Source: Acidobacteriota bacterium
Lineage (GTDB): Bacteria > Acidobacteriota > UBA6911 > RPQK01 > JAJDTT01
NCBI GenBank assembly: GCA_965263035.1
Contig: OZ253580.1
Span: 2,560,001 to 2,624,000 of the forward strand
Direction: 5' to 3'
Length of the DNA stretch: 64,000 nt
The position numbers were made by a program, and so were the translations under genes. Under the pieces are notes generated by a model, which was given only the letters and a program-made list of their open reading frames with translations, had not been told where the DNA came from and did no database searches. Below are positions 19,456 through 29,253 of this stretch, in pieces; the first letter of the stretch is position 1, and each line of letters opens with the position of its first letter.

Positions 19456-20538
19456 TCAATTCGTTCCCTGCCACAAGAGGACCACCCCCGTCACCAGGAT
19501 GTTGAGGATGGAGAGGGGCAACACCATGGTCCAACCCAATCTCAAGAGCTGGTCCCACCGAAAGCGGGGCAGGGTCCAGCGGATGAGCATGAAGATGAAG
19601 CAGAAGAACGAGACCTTGAAGAGGAAAGCGCCGACCTGAAGCAACAGCACCACAGTCTGGGGAAGAGGCCAGGCGGCGCCCCACGGAAACTCGAATCCGC
19701 CCGGCGTGAGATAGGGCACCTGCCACCCCCCCAGAAACAGGGTGGTGACCAGGGAGGCCGCCAGCACCGTCTCCACGAAATCGGCGGTGTAGAACATGCC
19801 GAACTTCATCCCGCTGTATTCGACGAAATAGCCGATGATCTCCGATTCCCCTTCCGGAATGTCGAAGGGGACCCGTTTGGTCTCGGCCAGCGCGGCGGTG
19901 GTGAACAGGATGAAACCCAGCGGCTGCAGGACGATCCCCCAACGGGGAAGCCAGCCGAGCAACAGCTCTCCCTGCTGGAGCACCATCTCCTGGAGATGGA
20001 GCGTCCCGAAGACCATGATCAGGCCGATGACGGTGGCGCCCAGGGTGATTTCGTAGGCGATCATCTGGCTGGAGGCCCTCAGGCCTCCCAAAAGGGCGTA
20101 GTTGTTGGCGGAAGACCAGCCGGCAAGAACGAAGCCGTAGATCCCCATGCTCATGGTGGCCAACACGTAGAGGAGACCCACGTTCAAGTCCAGGATCTGG
20201 AGCGACACCGTGTGTCCCCCCAACTCGTAGATGCCCCCGAAGGGTATGACGGCAAAGCTCACCAGGGGGAAGAAGAGGGCGATGACGGGAGCCAGGGTGT
20301 GGACCAGGCGGTTCCCCTGATTGGGAACGAAGTCCTCCTTGGTCAGCATCTTGAGGGCGTCGGCGATGGGGTGAAAGAGCCCCAGCAAGCGCAGGCCCAG
20401 GATGCTGGCCCGGTTGGCGCCGATTCGATCCTGCATCACGGCGCTCTGCTTCCGCTCCAGCCAACTGAGCAGATAGACGAAGCCCATGACCACGTTGAAA
20501 AAGAAGAAGACCTTGGCCAGAACGATCAGGGTACTCAT
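19456..20538 (-). CDS. nuoH: NADH-quinone oxidoreductase subunit H
   Basis: ERK..QDRIG, ADALKMLTKE, PFDIPEGESE, LPRFRWDQL. Confidence 0.95.
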   Translation of the reverse strand: MSTLIVLAKVFFFFNVVMGFVYLLSWLERKQSAVMQDRIGANRASILGLRLLGLFHPIADALKMLTKEDFVPNQGNRLVHTLAPVIALFFPLVSFAVIPFGGIYELGGHTVSLQILDLNVGLLYVLATMSMGIYGFVLAGWSSANNYALLGGLRASSQMIAYEITLGATVIGLIMVFGTLHLQEMVLQQGELLLGWLPRWGIVLQPLGFILFTTAALAETKRVPFDIPEGESEIIGYFVEYSGMKFGMFYTADFVETVLAASLVTTLFLGGWQVPYLTPGGFEFPWGAAWPLPQTVVLLLQVGAFLFKVSFFCFIFMLIRWTLPRFRWDQLLRLGWTMVLPLSILNILVTGVVLLWQGTN

Positions 20539-20561
20539 CTTGTTCGGGTGCGGGACCCCCG

Positions 20562-22148
20562 TCAGCCGGCGCCGTTCGAGCCGAGGATCTCCCCGAACTC
20601 GCCCAGATCCTGGTAGCTCCGGCCCCGCCACTCGGAGAAGAGGTCCTCCGGTTCCGGGTAGAACAGGGCATGGCCCAATCGTTGGGCCAGGTCACAAAGG
20701 ATCTCCAGGTCCGGCCTGGACTCTCCCAGCGGTAGCAGCGCCTGGGCAAAGTGTTGGACCCGTCCCTCGAAATTGGTGAACGTCCCTTCCTTCTCCATGT
20801 GGGTGACGCCGGGAAGGACGGCGTCGGCCATTCGGGCCGTGGAGTTCCAGTTGGCGCCCTGGAACACCACGTACTCGGCCTGCCGGATCAACTCTCCGGC
20901 CTGGTCCGAATCGAAGTCGTGCCCAAAGACGTAAAGGACTTTCACTCCACCGGCCGCGGCATCCCCCAGGGTCCGCTCCGCGTCACCCTGCAAACCCAGA
21001 TCCACGGCCCCGCGGCTGTTGGGGTTCCGGTCTCCCAGCAGCAGAAGCCCGTCCTCCGCCGCCGTTTTCTCCCAGGGATTCCGGAATGGAATTCCGGCGA
21101 CACCCAACTGCTCCTGGAACAACTTCCGGACCAGATAGAGCTCCTCGTTGGATTGCTGGGGAGAAGCGATGATGCCCAATCCCTCCGCTCCGAACTTCTC
21201 GACGGTGGTTCGCAGGGCCGTGGCCACCTCCTCCAGGACCTCCTCCCAGGCGCGAGGTTGGAGTTCCCCTCCAATGCGCAGGCAGGGGTTCTCGATGCGA
21301 TCCCGGTCGACGAAACCGTAGCCGAATCGGCCCTGATCGCACATCCACCATTGGTTCACCAGCGGGTTGAACCTTGGCTTGAGCCTCTGGACCCTCCTGC
21401 CGTCCGCCTTGTAGCTGCGCTGCACATTGAAGTGGACCGCGATGTTGCAGCCCCGGGAGCAACCGTTGCAGACGGACGCTTCCTGCGAGAGGTACCAGAC
21501 CCGGCACTGGAAGCGGAACTCCCGCTCGGTCAACGCCCCCACCGGACAGATGTCGATGACGTTCCCCGAGTAGTTGTTGTCCAGCTCCCGGCCTGGGAAC
21601 AGGTCGATGACCGACCGGTCGCCTCGATCCAGTACCCCCAGCTCATGGCTCCCCGACACCTCTTCACAGAAGCGGACGCAGCGGGTGCAGAGGATGCACC
21701 GCTCCTGGTCCAGCATGACGTGGGGTCCGATGGGAAAAGCCTTCTTCCGTTTGATCTTGTCTTCGTAGACCCGGCTCTCGTGCAGCCCATGCTCCATGTA
21801 GAAATTCTGGAGATCGCATTCTCCCGACTGGTCGCACACGGGACAGTCCAGGGGATGGTTGACCAGCAGAAACTCCAGCATGGCCTGGCGCATCCGGAGG
21901 ACCTGCTCCGAATCGGTGGAGACCTTCATGCCGTCCCGGACGCGAATGTGGCAGGAGATCTGCAGCTTGGGCATGCCTTCGATCTCGACCGCGCACATGC
22001 GGCAGCTGCCGGCGACGCTGAGTCCCGGGTGGTAGCAGTAGCGGGGAACCATCACCCCCAACCGCTCCGCGGCCTCCAGGACGTTGGTGCCCGGTTCGAC
22101 CTGGATGTCCTGTCCGTCGATATTGACCGTATCCATCGGATTCACCAT
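20562..22148 (-). CDS. nuoG: NADH-quinone oxidoreductase subunit G (short form)
   Basis: CYHP..GSCRMC, HPLDCPVCDQSGEC, CILCTRC, CPVGAL; start 22148 or 22136. Confidence 0.92.
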   Translation of the reverse strand: MVNPMDTVNIDGQDIQVEPGTNVLEAAERLGVMVPRYCYHPGLSVAGSCRMCAVEIEGMPKLQISCHIRVRDGMKVSTDSEQVLRMRQAMLEFLLVNHPLDCPVCDQSGECDLQNFYMEHGLHESRVYEDKIKRKKAFPIGPHVMLDQERCILCTRCVRFCEEVSGSHELGVLDRGDRSVIDLFPGRELDNNYSGNVIDICPVGALTEREFRFQCRVWYLSQEASVCNGCSRGCNIAVHFNVQRSYKADGRRVQRLKPRFNPLVNQWWMCDQGRFGYGFVDRDRIENPCLRIGGELQPRAWEEVLEEVATALRTTVEKFGAEGLGIIASPQQSNEELYLVRKLFQEQLGVAGIPFRNPWEKTAAEDGLLLLGDRNPNSRGAVDLGLQGDAERTLGDAAAGGVKVLYVFGHDFDSDQAGELIRQAEYVVFQGANWNSTARMADAVLPGVTHMEKEGTFTNFEGRVQHFAQALLPLGESRPDLEILCDLAQRLGHALFYPEPEDLFSEWRGRSYQDLGEFGEILGSNGAG

Positions 22149-22150
22149 AT

Positions 22151-22309
22151 CAGCCCGCGGCAAAAGTCGTCACGGCATTCGACCGGGTCTGCATCGTGCG
22201 CGAACTGCGTTGCTCCTCGGTCACATACTCCCGGTATGCTCCCTCAGAGCGCCTTGTCCGGCGGGCGCAGCCCCGGTTTCGGTGCTCGCGGGACTTTCGC
22301 CGCGGACTG
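22151..22309. mobile_element. ~160-bp MITE-like repeat, copy 1
   Basis: Imperfect TIRs CAGCCCGCGGCAAAAGTC / GACTTTCGCCGCGGACTG; closely similar copies at 45882 and 49912. Confidence 0.82.
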
Positions 22310-22339
22310 ATATCAGCCCGGAGCCGTGCCGGGACGCCG

Positions 22340-23638
22340 TCACTCTTGGGCCCCGGCCGGAACCCGCCGCTCCAAATCGCATCTCCCGTGCTTCAGGTGG
22401 TAGTCGAACTCGTCTCTGAACTTGACCAGGAAACTCCGCAAGGGCATGGCGGCGCCGTCACAAAGGGCGCAGATGGACGTCCCCGACATGTTGTCCGCGA
22501 TCTGCAGGAGGTCCTCCACGGAACACCGCCTCGCCCGGCCCGCGTGAATGGCGTCCACCGTCCGGGCCACCCACCCGGTGCCCTCCCGGCAGGGGGTGCA
22601 CTGGCCGCACGACTCGTGGGCATAGAAGTGGCTGATCACCCGCATGGCCTCCACCATGCAGACGTCCTCGGCCATGACCACGATTCCGGCAGAACCCAGC
22701 ATGGAACCGATCCTGGCCAGGTGGTCGAAATCCAGAGGCACGCCGATCTCGTCGGCGGTCAGGACGGCGGCCGAGCTTCCTCCGGGGATCACCGCCTTCA
22801 ACTGCTTGCCGTCGGCCATGCCCCCTCCACAATCGTAGATCAGCTCCCTGAGGGGCGTCCCCATGGGGAGTTCATAGACCCCCGGCCGCTTGACGTCGCC
22901 GGAGAGAGAGAAAAGCCGCAGGCCTCCGTTGCGCTCCGAGCCCAGGTTCGCAAACCACTCCCCGCCGTTGGTGACGATGTGGGGAAGATAGGTCAGGGAT
23001 TCCACGTTGTTGATGACCGTGGGGCATCCGAAGGCGCCCACCACCGCCGGGAACGGAGGCTTGAGCCGGGGCCACCCCTTCTTGCCCTCCAGCGACTCCA
23101 GCAGGCCGGTCTCCTCTCCGCAGATATAGGCCCCCGCTCCCACGTGCATGTAGACATCGAGAGAGAAGTCGCGGCCCAGGACCCGGCTCCCCAGAATACC
23201 CTCCCGATAGGCCTCTTCGATGGTTTCCCGGAGGATCCGTTCGGGATGGACGTACTCGCCGCGGATGTAGATGTAGGCAGTGTGGATTCCCACCGCGCGG
23301 GCGCAGATGATCATCCCTTCCAAGAGCCGATGGGGGTCCCACTCCATGATGTAGCGGTCCTTGAAGGTCCCCGGCTCACCCTCGTCGGCGTTGACCACGA
23401 GGTAGATGGGCTTGCCCGTGTCGCGGGGAACGAAGCTCCACTTTCGGCCCACCGGGAAGCCGGCGCCTCCCAGACCGCGGAGATTCGACTTCATGACCTC
23501 CTCGGTGATCCGTTCCGGAGCCATCTCATCCAGGGCCTTGAGAGCGGCCTGGTAGCCGCCGTGCTCGCGGTAGTAGTCGAGCTTGCGAGCCTGGGGATTG
23601 CCGAAGTCGCGGGAGATGAGCCGGAGCCGGTCCCTCAC
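22340..23638 (-). CDS. nuoF: NADH-quinone oxidoreductase subunit F
   Basis: LRGLGGAGFP, NADEGEPGTFKDR, GAGAYICGEET, ESCGQCTPCREG. Confidence 0.96.
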   Translation of the reverse strand: MRDRLRLISRDFGNPQARKLDYYREHGGYQAALKALDEMAPERITEEVMKSNLRGLGGAGFPVGRKWSFVPRDTGKPIYLVVNADEGEPGTFKDRYIMEWDPHRLLEGMIICARAVGIHTAYIYIRGEYVHPERILRETIEEAYREGILGSRVLGRDFSLDVYMHVGAGAYICGEETGLLESLEGKKGWPRLKPPFPAVVGAFGCPTVINNVESLTYLPHIVTNGGEWFANLGSERNGGLRLFSLSGDVKRPGVYELPMGTPLRELIYDCGGGMADGKQLKAVIPGGSSAAVLTADEIGVPLDFDHLARIGSMLGSAGIVVMAEDVCMVEAMRVISHFYAHESCGQCTPCREGTGWVARTVDAIHAGRARRCSVEDLLQIADNMSGTSICALCDGAAMPLRSFLVKFRDEFDYHLKHGRCDLERRVPAGAQE

Positions 23639-24192
23639 GCCTCCCCTCGCAAAGTCTCACCATCCAGGATCCGGTCCGCCGGAGGGGCGATTTCCAATCG
23701 CCCGTTCCGGCCTTGTGATTTCTCTCCATCCAGGATCCGGTCCACCTCCGACCGGTTCAGGGGGCCATGGTAGCCGTCCCCCAATTGCATCATGGGAGCC
23801 AGCTCGCAGGCGCCCATGCACTGTGGGACCGCCTCCCAGCTGAACTCACCGTCGGCAGTGGTTCCTCCGCTGGCGACTCCCAGTTTCTCCCCAAGGTATC
23901 TCTGGACGCCGCGGCAACCTCGGACCCAGCAGGAGATGCTGGTGCAGAGGCGAATGTGCCGGCGGCCCATGGGACGGGTCCGGTACAGGGTGTAGAAGGT
24001 CAGGACCTCGTGGACGTCGATGACCGGCAAGCCGAGAACCTGGGCCACGTGCTCCTCTCCTTCGGGGGAGACGTAACCCAACTGCTCCTGCACCAGGTGA
24101 AGGGCGGGGAGCAGAGCCGCTCGCCGAGTGGGATAGACCTTGAGCAGGGACTCCAGGCGCTCCCTTCTCTCCCGGGTGAACTCGAAACTCAA
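23635..24192 (-). CDS. nuoE: NADH-quinone oxidoreductase subunit E
   Basis: TFYTLY, CTSISC and CMGACELAP 2Fe-2S ligands; TTG start overlaps nuoD stop; C-terminus contains an in-frame REP. Confidence 0.92.
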   Translation of the reverse strand: MSFEFTRERRERLESLLKVYPTRRAALLPALHLVQEQLGYVSPEGEEHVAQVLGLPVIDVHEVLTFYTLYRTRPMGRRHIRLCTSISCWVRGCRGVQRYLGEKLGVASGGTTADGEFSWEAVPQCMGACELAPMMQLGDGYHGPLNRSEVDRILDGEKSQGRNGRLEIAPPADRILDGETLRGEA

Positions 24193-25514
24193 CGGTCCAG
24201 TTCTCCCGCGATCATGTTGACCGATCCGAAGGTGGGAACGATGTCCGCCATCTGGTCCCCTTCCAGGATGCTGGAGAGAGCCGCCATGATGGGGAAGCAG
24301 GGCGGACGGCAACGGACCCGCCAGGGCCGGTCGCTCCCGTCGCTGACGATATAGAAGGCCAACTCGCCGTTGGCGCCCTCCATCGGGAAATAGACTTCGC
24401 CGCGGGGAGGGCGAATCCCGTGGCCCATCATCACGATCTTGAAGTGATTCATCAGGCCCTCGATGTTGGAATAGACCTGCTCCTTGGCCGGAAGGCGGCT
24501 CGTCTTGTCGGCGGCGTAGACCCGGTCGTGGAAGCGCTTCTCCGATCCCTGGAGGGTCGGCTGGATCAGAACCTCGTTGCTCAGGAGGCCGCGAGTCTTG
24601 CCGAACTTGCCCAGATCCGCCATCAGGTCGGGGGAGATCAGTCTTCCCTCCGGGTCCACGTTGGTCGGACCCTCAGGCATCTGTTCCAGGCATTGCTCGA
24701 TGATCCGCAACGACTGCCGCATCTCCTCCATCCGAACCAGGTAGCGGTCCATGTTGTCGCCTTGCTCGCCCACCGGCACATCGAAATCCATGCGGTCGTA
24801 GACAAAGTAGGGGAAGGCCTTGCGAACGTCGTAGTCAATGCCCGTCGACCGCAGGAAGGGTCCCGTTATGCCGTAGGCCACGGCGGATTCGGCGGAGATG
24901 ACGCCCACTCCCCGCATCCGGTCGTAGAAGATGCGGTTGTGAGTCAGGAGATCATCCACTTCCTCCAGAACCTCTTCCACCTTGCCTATCACCTCTCGGC
25001 AACGCTCGGAGAAATCGGCGGTGAGGTCCGCCTTGACCCCGCCGATCCGGCCATAGGAGACGGTGAGCCGGGCGCCGGTGACCTCCTCCACCAGTTCCCA
25101 CAGCCACTCCCGGGCCTTGATCATGTACAGGAAAACGGAAAATGCCCCCAGCTCCATGGCCGAGGCTCCGATACAGGTCAGGTGATCGCAGATCCGGGAG
25201 ATCTCGCTCATGAGCACCCGGATGTATTGGCAGCGTTCCGGGACCTCGAGATCCATCAGTTTCTCGACTCCCGCGGCGAACGCGAAGTTGTTGATGACCG
25301 GGGAGACGTAGTTGAGCCGGTCGGTGTAGGGGAAACACTGGGTGTAGCTGGACGCCTCGCAATGCTTTTCGAATCCGCGGTGGAGGTACCCGATCTCCAC
25401 GTCGGCGCTACGGACCACTTCACCATCCAGGCCCAACGCGATGCGGATCACGCCGTGCATGGCCGGGTGGGCCGGTCCCGCGTTCAGCAACATGGTCCGG
25501 GTGGTCTCAGTCAT
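24189..25514 (-). CDS. nuoD: NADH-quinone oxidoreductase subunit D
   Basis: GPAHPAMHGV, GYLHRGFEK, DRLNY, C-terminal GELDR. Confidence 0.95.
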   Translation of the reverse strand: MTETTRTMLLNAGPAHPAMHGVIRIALGLDGEVVRSADVEIGYLHRGFEKHCEASSYTQCFPYTDRLNYVSPVINNFAFAAGVEKLMDLEVPERCQYIRVLMSEISRICDHLTCIGASAMELGAFSVFLYMIKAREWLWELVEEVTGARLTVSYGRIGGVKADLTADFSERCREVIGKVEEVLEEVDDLLTHNRIFYDRMRGVGVISAESAVAYGITGPFLRSTGIDYDVRKAFPYFVYDRMDFDVPVGEQGDNMDRYLVRMEEMRQSLRIIEQCLEQMPEGPTNVDPEGRLISPDLMADLGKFGKTRGLLSNEVLIQPTLQGSEKRFHDRVYAADKTSRLPAKEQVYSNIEGLMNHFKIVMMGHGIRPPRGEVYFPMEGANGELAFYIVSDGSDRPWRVRCRPPCFPIMAALSSILEGDQMADIVPTFGSVNMIAGELDR

Positions 25515-25524
25515 CGCGCCAGTT

Positions 25525-26004
25525 TCAATCCTTGGGGCCCACCAGGGGCTGCCGCTTGTCGATGGGATAGTCTTTTCGCAGGGGATGCCCCTGGAACTCT
25601 TCGTACATCAGGATGCGGCGCAAGTCGGGATGTCCTCGGAACCGGATCCCGAACATGTCGAATACCTCTCTCTCATACCAGTTGGCGGCCGGCCAAAGGG
25701 GCGTCACCGAGGGGGCCTCCGGAGACGAGCCGTCCACAGGCGCCTTCAACCGCAGCCGGGCGTTTTTCGACCGGGAATAGAGGTGGTAGACCAACTCGAA
25801 GCGGGGCTTCCGCTTCCAGTGGTCGACGGCCGTGAGGTCCATGAGGAAGTCGAAGCGGAGTTGGGGGTCCTCCTTCAGAAAACGTGCGACCCGGGCCAGA
25901 GCCTCCGGCTTCAGGGTGGCCGTATCCTCACCCAACCTGGAGTGGGTCCCCAGGATCTCTTCCGGAAAGCTCTCCTGGAGGCGGGTCAGGGATGTGCTCT
26001 GCAT
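25525..26004 (-). CDS. nuoC: NADH-quinone oxidoreductase subunit C
   Basis: ANWYEREVFDMFGIRFRGHPDLRRIL, GHPLRKDYP. Confidence 0.95.
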   Translation of the reverse strand: MQSTSLTRLQESFPEEILGTHSRLGEDTATLKPEALARVARFLKEDPQLRFDFLMDLTAVDHWKRKPRFELVYHLYSRSKNARLRLKAPVDGSSPEAPSVTPLWPAANWYEREVFDMFGIRFRGHPDLRRILMYEEFQGHPLRKDYPIDKRQPLVGPKD

Positions 26005-26138
26005 CGGAATGACGAACGTCCTTCGGCCAAATGGGATCAAGGTGCGCGCCGTATGCGGATACGCCGCAAGTGATCAGCCCGAAAAAACAGCGAAACCGGG
26101 GTCCGCCTGCCGGGCGCCCCGGCTTTCTCTTCCCTCTC

Positions 26139-26618
26139 CTAGACCTCCTGTCTCTGCTTCCGGATCTTTTCCTGCAGCATCATCAAGCCCTGCAGCACGG
26201 TCTCCGGCCGGGGAGGACACCCGGGGATATAGACGTCCACCGGAATCACGTGATCGATTCCGCGGACCGTCGCGTAGTTGTCGTAGAAACCACCCGTGCA
26301 GGTGCAGACTCCAAAGGCGACCACCCACTTGGGGGCGCACATCTGCTGGTAGACGTTGACCAGAACCGGGGCGATCTTCTGGCTGATGGTCCCGACGACG
26401 AAAAGGACGTCGGCTTGCCGCGGGGAGAAACGGGGGAGACCGGCGCCGAAGCGGTCCACGTCGTAGTGGGCGCAGGCGGTGGCCATATACTCCATGCCGC
26501 AACAGGCGGTCACGAAGGGATATTGAAAAATCGAGTACTTCCTCGCCCACCCCACCACCTGGTCGAGGCGGCTGGTGAAGAAACCCAACTCGGGGCTGCC
26601 CTTGAAATCTACTTCCAA
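26139..26618 (-). CDS. nuoB: NADH-quinone oxidoreductase subunit B
   Basis: TACCGME, SPRQAD, VDVYIPGCPPRPE; TTG start inferred, overlapping nuoA end. Confidence 0.93.
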   Translation of the reverse strand: MEVDFKGSPELGFFTSRLDQVVGWARKYSIFQYPFVTACCGMEYMATACAHYDVDRFGAGLPRFSPRQADVLFVVGTISQKIAPVLVNVYQQMCAPKWVVAFGVCTCTGGFYDNYATVRGIDHVIPVDVYIPGCPPRPETVLQGLMMLQEKIRKQRQEV

Positions 26619-26971
26619 TCCAGTGCTCCTCTCTTGACCGAGTAGTAAAGCCCGGAAAGCACGACCAGCAGAAAGATCAGCATCTCGAAGAACCCGAACC
26701 AACCGAGCTCCCGGTAAACAACGGCCCACGGGAACAGAAAGATCAGCTCCACGTCAAAGAGGACGAAAAGCAGTGCCGCCAGGAAGAATTTTACAGAAAT
26801 CCGACCCCGGCGAATCTCCGAAGGTTCATTGCCGCACTCGAACGGCATCTCATGGATCGCGCCTCCGCCCTTCGGTCCCAACCACTGGGTGATCAGAACC
26901 ATTCCACCGGCCGTGGCGCCGGCAAACACGAGAAGGAGTAGAAAGCCGAGGTAGCCTTCCGTGCCAGTCAT
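26609..26971 (-). CDS. nuoA: NADH-quinone oxidoreductase subunit A
   Basis: PFECG, LFDVELIFLFPWAV, GALDW. Confidence 0.95.
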   Translation of the reverse strand: MTGTEGYLGFLLLLVFAGATAGGMVLITQWLGPKGGGAIHEMPFECGNEPSEIRRGRISVKFFLAALLFVLFDVELIFLFPWAVVYRELGWFGFFEMLIFLLVVLSGLYYSVKRGALDWK

Positions 26972-27258
26972 GAGTCACCCGATCCGGATCCGATCCCGTC
27001 CGCTGAGCCGCCACAGTATACGTTGAGAAGCCGGAAAAGAGAAAAGAGAAAAACGAGGAAAGAGAAAAGAGCAAAGAGAGGTGTTGGTTTGGAAGAGAAC
27101 GCAAGGTGGTCCCGCTTTGGATGCCATCTCCCGGTCTGCACCCCGCTGTGCGTAAACTCCTCGCCTGCCTTCACTCTTTTTTCATTTCCTATTTTCTCTT
27201 TCCTCGGAAGCCGGAACGCCTTGGCGGGATTTGCCGGAGGCTGTTAAGGTTATGCGCC

Positions 27259-28176
27259 ATGGTGGCGGGAAAGGGAAAGCGGCGGCGCCATCCACCCTGG
27301 ATCAAGGTCCGGGCTCCGTTCGGCGAAGGCGTCCATGAACTGAAAGGGCTCCTGGGTGGCCTCGGCCTCAATACCGTCTGCCAGGAGGCCAGGTGCCCCA
27401 ATCTGGGTGAATGTTGGGCCCATGGGGTGGCCACTTTCATGATCCTGGGGCGAGTCTGCACTCGAGGCTGCCGCTACTGCGCCGTCAGCAAGGGGCGCCC
27501 TCCGGTGTTGGACCGGGAGGAGCCCCGGCGGGTGGCCGAGGCCGTGCGGCAGATGGGCCTGAAACACGTCGTGGTCACCTCCGTGGACCGGGACGACCTG
27601 GCGGACGGCGGCGCTTTCATCTTCGCCGAGACGATCCAGGCCATTCGAGAGCTGCACCGCGGGTGTGTGGTCGAGGTCCTGATCCCCGATTTCCAGGGGG
27701 ATGAGGCGGCGCTGAGGACGGTTCTGGATGCTGGTCCCGACATCCTCAACCACAACATCGAGACGGTGCCCCGGCTCTTTCCTGCCGCCCGGGGCGGCGG
27801 CGACTATCGACGATCGTTGGATCTCTTGAGCAACTCTCGCCGGATCTCGCCGGACACGGCGACCAAGACCGGCATGATGCTGGGGTTGGGAGAGCGCGAA
27901 GCCGAGGTATTGCAGGTCATGGAGGACCTGGTGGAACGGCAGGTCAACATCTTGACGCTGGGACAATATCTGAGACCCACGTCCTGGCATCTGCCGGTGG
28001 ATCGATACTACCACCCGGACGAGTTCCGCCGTTGGGGGGAGACGGGAATGCGTCTGGGGTTCGACCATGTGGAGAGCGGCCCCCTGGTCCGGTCCAGCTA
28101 TCTGGCCGACCGCCAGTTCGCCCAGCTCAGGACGAACACCGGGAAAGCTCAACAGCGTACAATTAAGCGGACGTAA
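27259..28176 (+). CDS. lipA: lipoyl synthase
   Basis: TVCQEARCPNLGEC, CTRGCRYC, GQYLRP, SGPLVRSSY. Confidence 0.96.
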   Translation: MVAGKGKRRRHPPWIKVRAPFGEGVHELKGLLGGLGLNTVCQEARCPNLGECWAHGVATFMILGRVCTRGCRYCAVSKGRPPVLDREEPRRVAEAVRQMGLKHVVVTSVDRDDLADGGAFIFAETIQAIRELHRGCVVEVLIPDFQGDEAALRTVLDAGPDILNHNIETVPRLFPAARGGGDYRRSLDLLSNSRRISPDTATKTGMMLGLGEREAEVLQVMEDLVERQVNILTLGQYLRPTSWHLPVDRYYHPDEFRRWGETGMRLGFDHVESGPLVRSSYLADRQFAQLRTNTGKAQQRTIKRT

Positions 28177-28203
28177 GAATCAGTCGGAAAGGAGTCAGGC
28201 AAA

Positions 28204-28761
28204 ATGCCCAGGTATTTGCCGGTACAGCCGGATGCGGCAAATGACAAGGTTCGGAATCTCTACTCGGCGCTGGAGAGTGAACTGGGTTTCGTGCCCAACT
28301 TCATCAAGACTTCGGCCCACAGCGACAACTTCGTGGAGTCGGTGGCAACCTTGTACGGCACGGTCATGGGTGAGACGGGTCTGAGTGAGAAGATCCGATC
28401 GCTGGTCATCCTCAGGACCTGCCAGGTCGACAAGTGCGCCTATACGGCGGCCCCCGCCCTGAAACGGGCTCGGGAGGCGGGTTGGACCGAAGAGCAGTTG
28501 GACGCCATCGACCAAGCTGCGGAAAGCAATCTGTTCGTCTACTACGAAAAGGAAGCCATCCGGCTGGCCGAACTGACCAGCCTGAGTCCGGACGACGTCC
28601 AGGAGGAGTTCTGGATGCAGTTGGACAACCACTACACCTCGGACCAGGTGGTGGAGATGATCACCCTGATCGGGTTCTTCAACATGATCAACCGCCTGGC
28701 TCTGGTGCTGGAAGTGGCGGCGGACCCGGAGCCCGCGGCCGCCGGCGCGGGCGCCTCCTGA
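28204..28761 (+). CDS. carboxymuconolactone decarboxylase/AhpD-like protein
   Basis: LGFVPN, CAY at the CxxC position, QVVEMITLIGFFNMINR. Confidence 0.8.
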   Translation: MPRYLPVQPDAANDKVRNLYSALESELGFVPNFIKTSAHSDNFVESVATLYGTVMGETGLSEKIRSLVILRTCQVDKCAYTAAPALKRAREAGWTEEQLDAIDQAAESNLFVYYEKEAIRLAELTSLSPDDVQEEFWMQLDNHYTSDQVVEMITLIGFFNMINRLALVLEVAADPEPAAAGAGAS

Positions 28762-28775
28762 GCGAATCCGTTTCG

Positions 28776-29243
28776 ATGACTCCCGCGGGCAAACTCGACT
28801 CCGCGTCCGCCCCGACCGAAACCACCATCGGCGGCAGCAAGGCTCTGGTGATCCCCATGGAAGTGGAGTTTCACGACCTGGACGCCATGGGACACGTCAA
28901 CAACGTCCGCTATTTCACCTTCATGGAAACGGCTCGGGTGGCCTTCTTCCGCCACTTTCTGAACGCCCGGCGGATCCACGATCTGCAGATGATCGCGGTC
29001 GAAGCCTCCTGCCAGTTTTTCTCGCCCGCTTACTGGGGAGAGGTCCTTCTGGTCCAGGTCCGGATCCCCCGAGTCGGCAATACCAGCTTCGACTTCCAAT
29101 ACGAAATGACCGAGCGTCGATCGGGCCGCAAGATCGCCCAGGGCAGGACCGTTTGCGTGTCATGGGATTACGTTACCGAGTCCAAGCTGCGGGTTCCCGA
29201 CCGGGTCCGGGCACTCTGCTCCGGAGACGGCCTCGGAGGCTGA
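28776..29243 (+). CDS. acyl-CoA thioesterase (hotdog fold, YbgC/FadM-like)
   Basis: DLDAMGHVNNVRYFTFMETAR, VGNTSF. Confidence 0.88.
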   Translation: MTPAGKLDSASAPTETTIGGSKALVIPMEVEFHDLDAMGHVNNVRYFTFMETARVAFFRHFLNARRIHDLQMIAVEASCQFFSPAYWGEVLLVQVRIPRVGNTSFDFQYEMTERRSGRKIAQGRTVCVSWDYVTESKLRVPDRVRALCSGDGLGG

Positions 29244-29253
29244 CTTGTCCACC

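Noticed and set aside
28204-28761. Selenoprotein or recoding at the AhpD CxxC site
   Set aside because: The site reads CAYT with an ACG codon; there is no in-frame TGA
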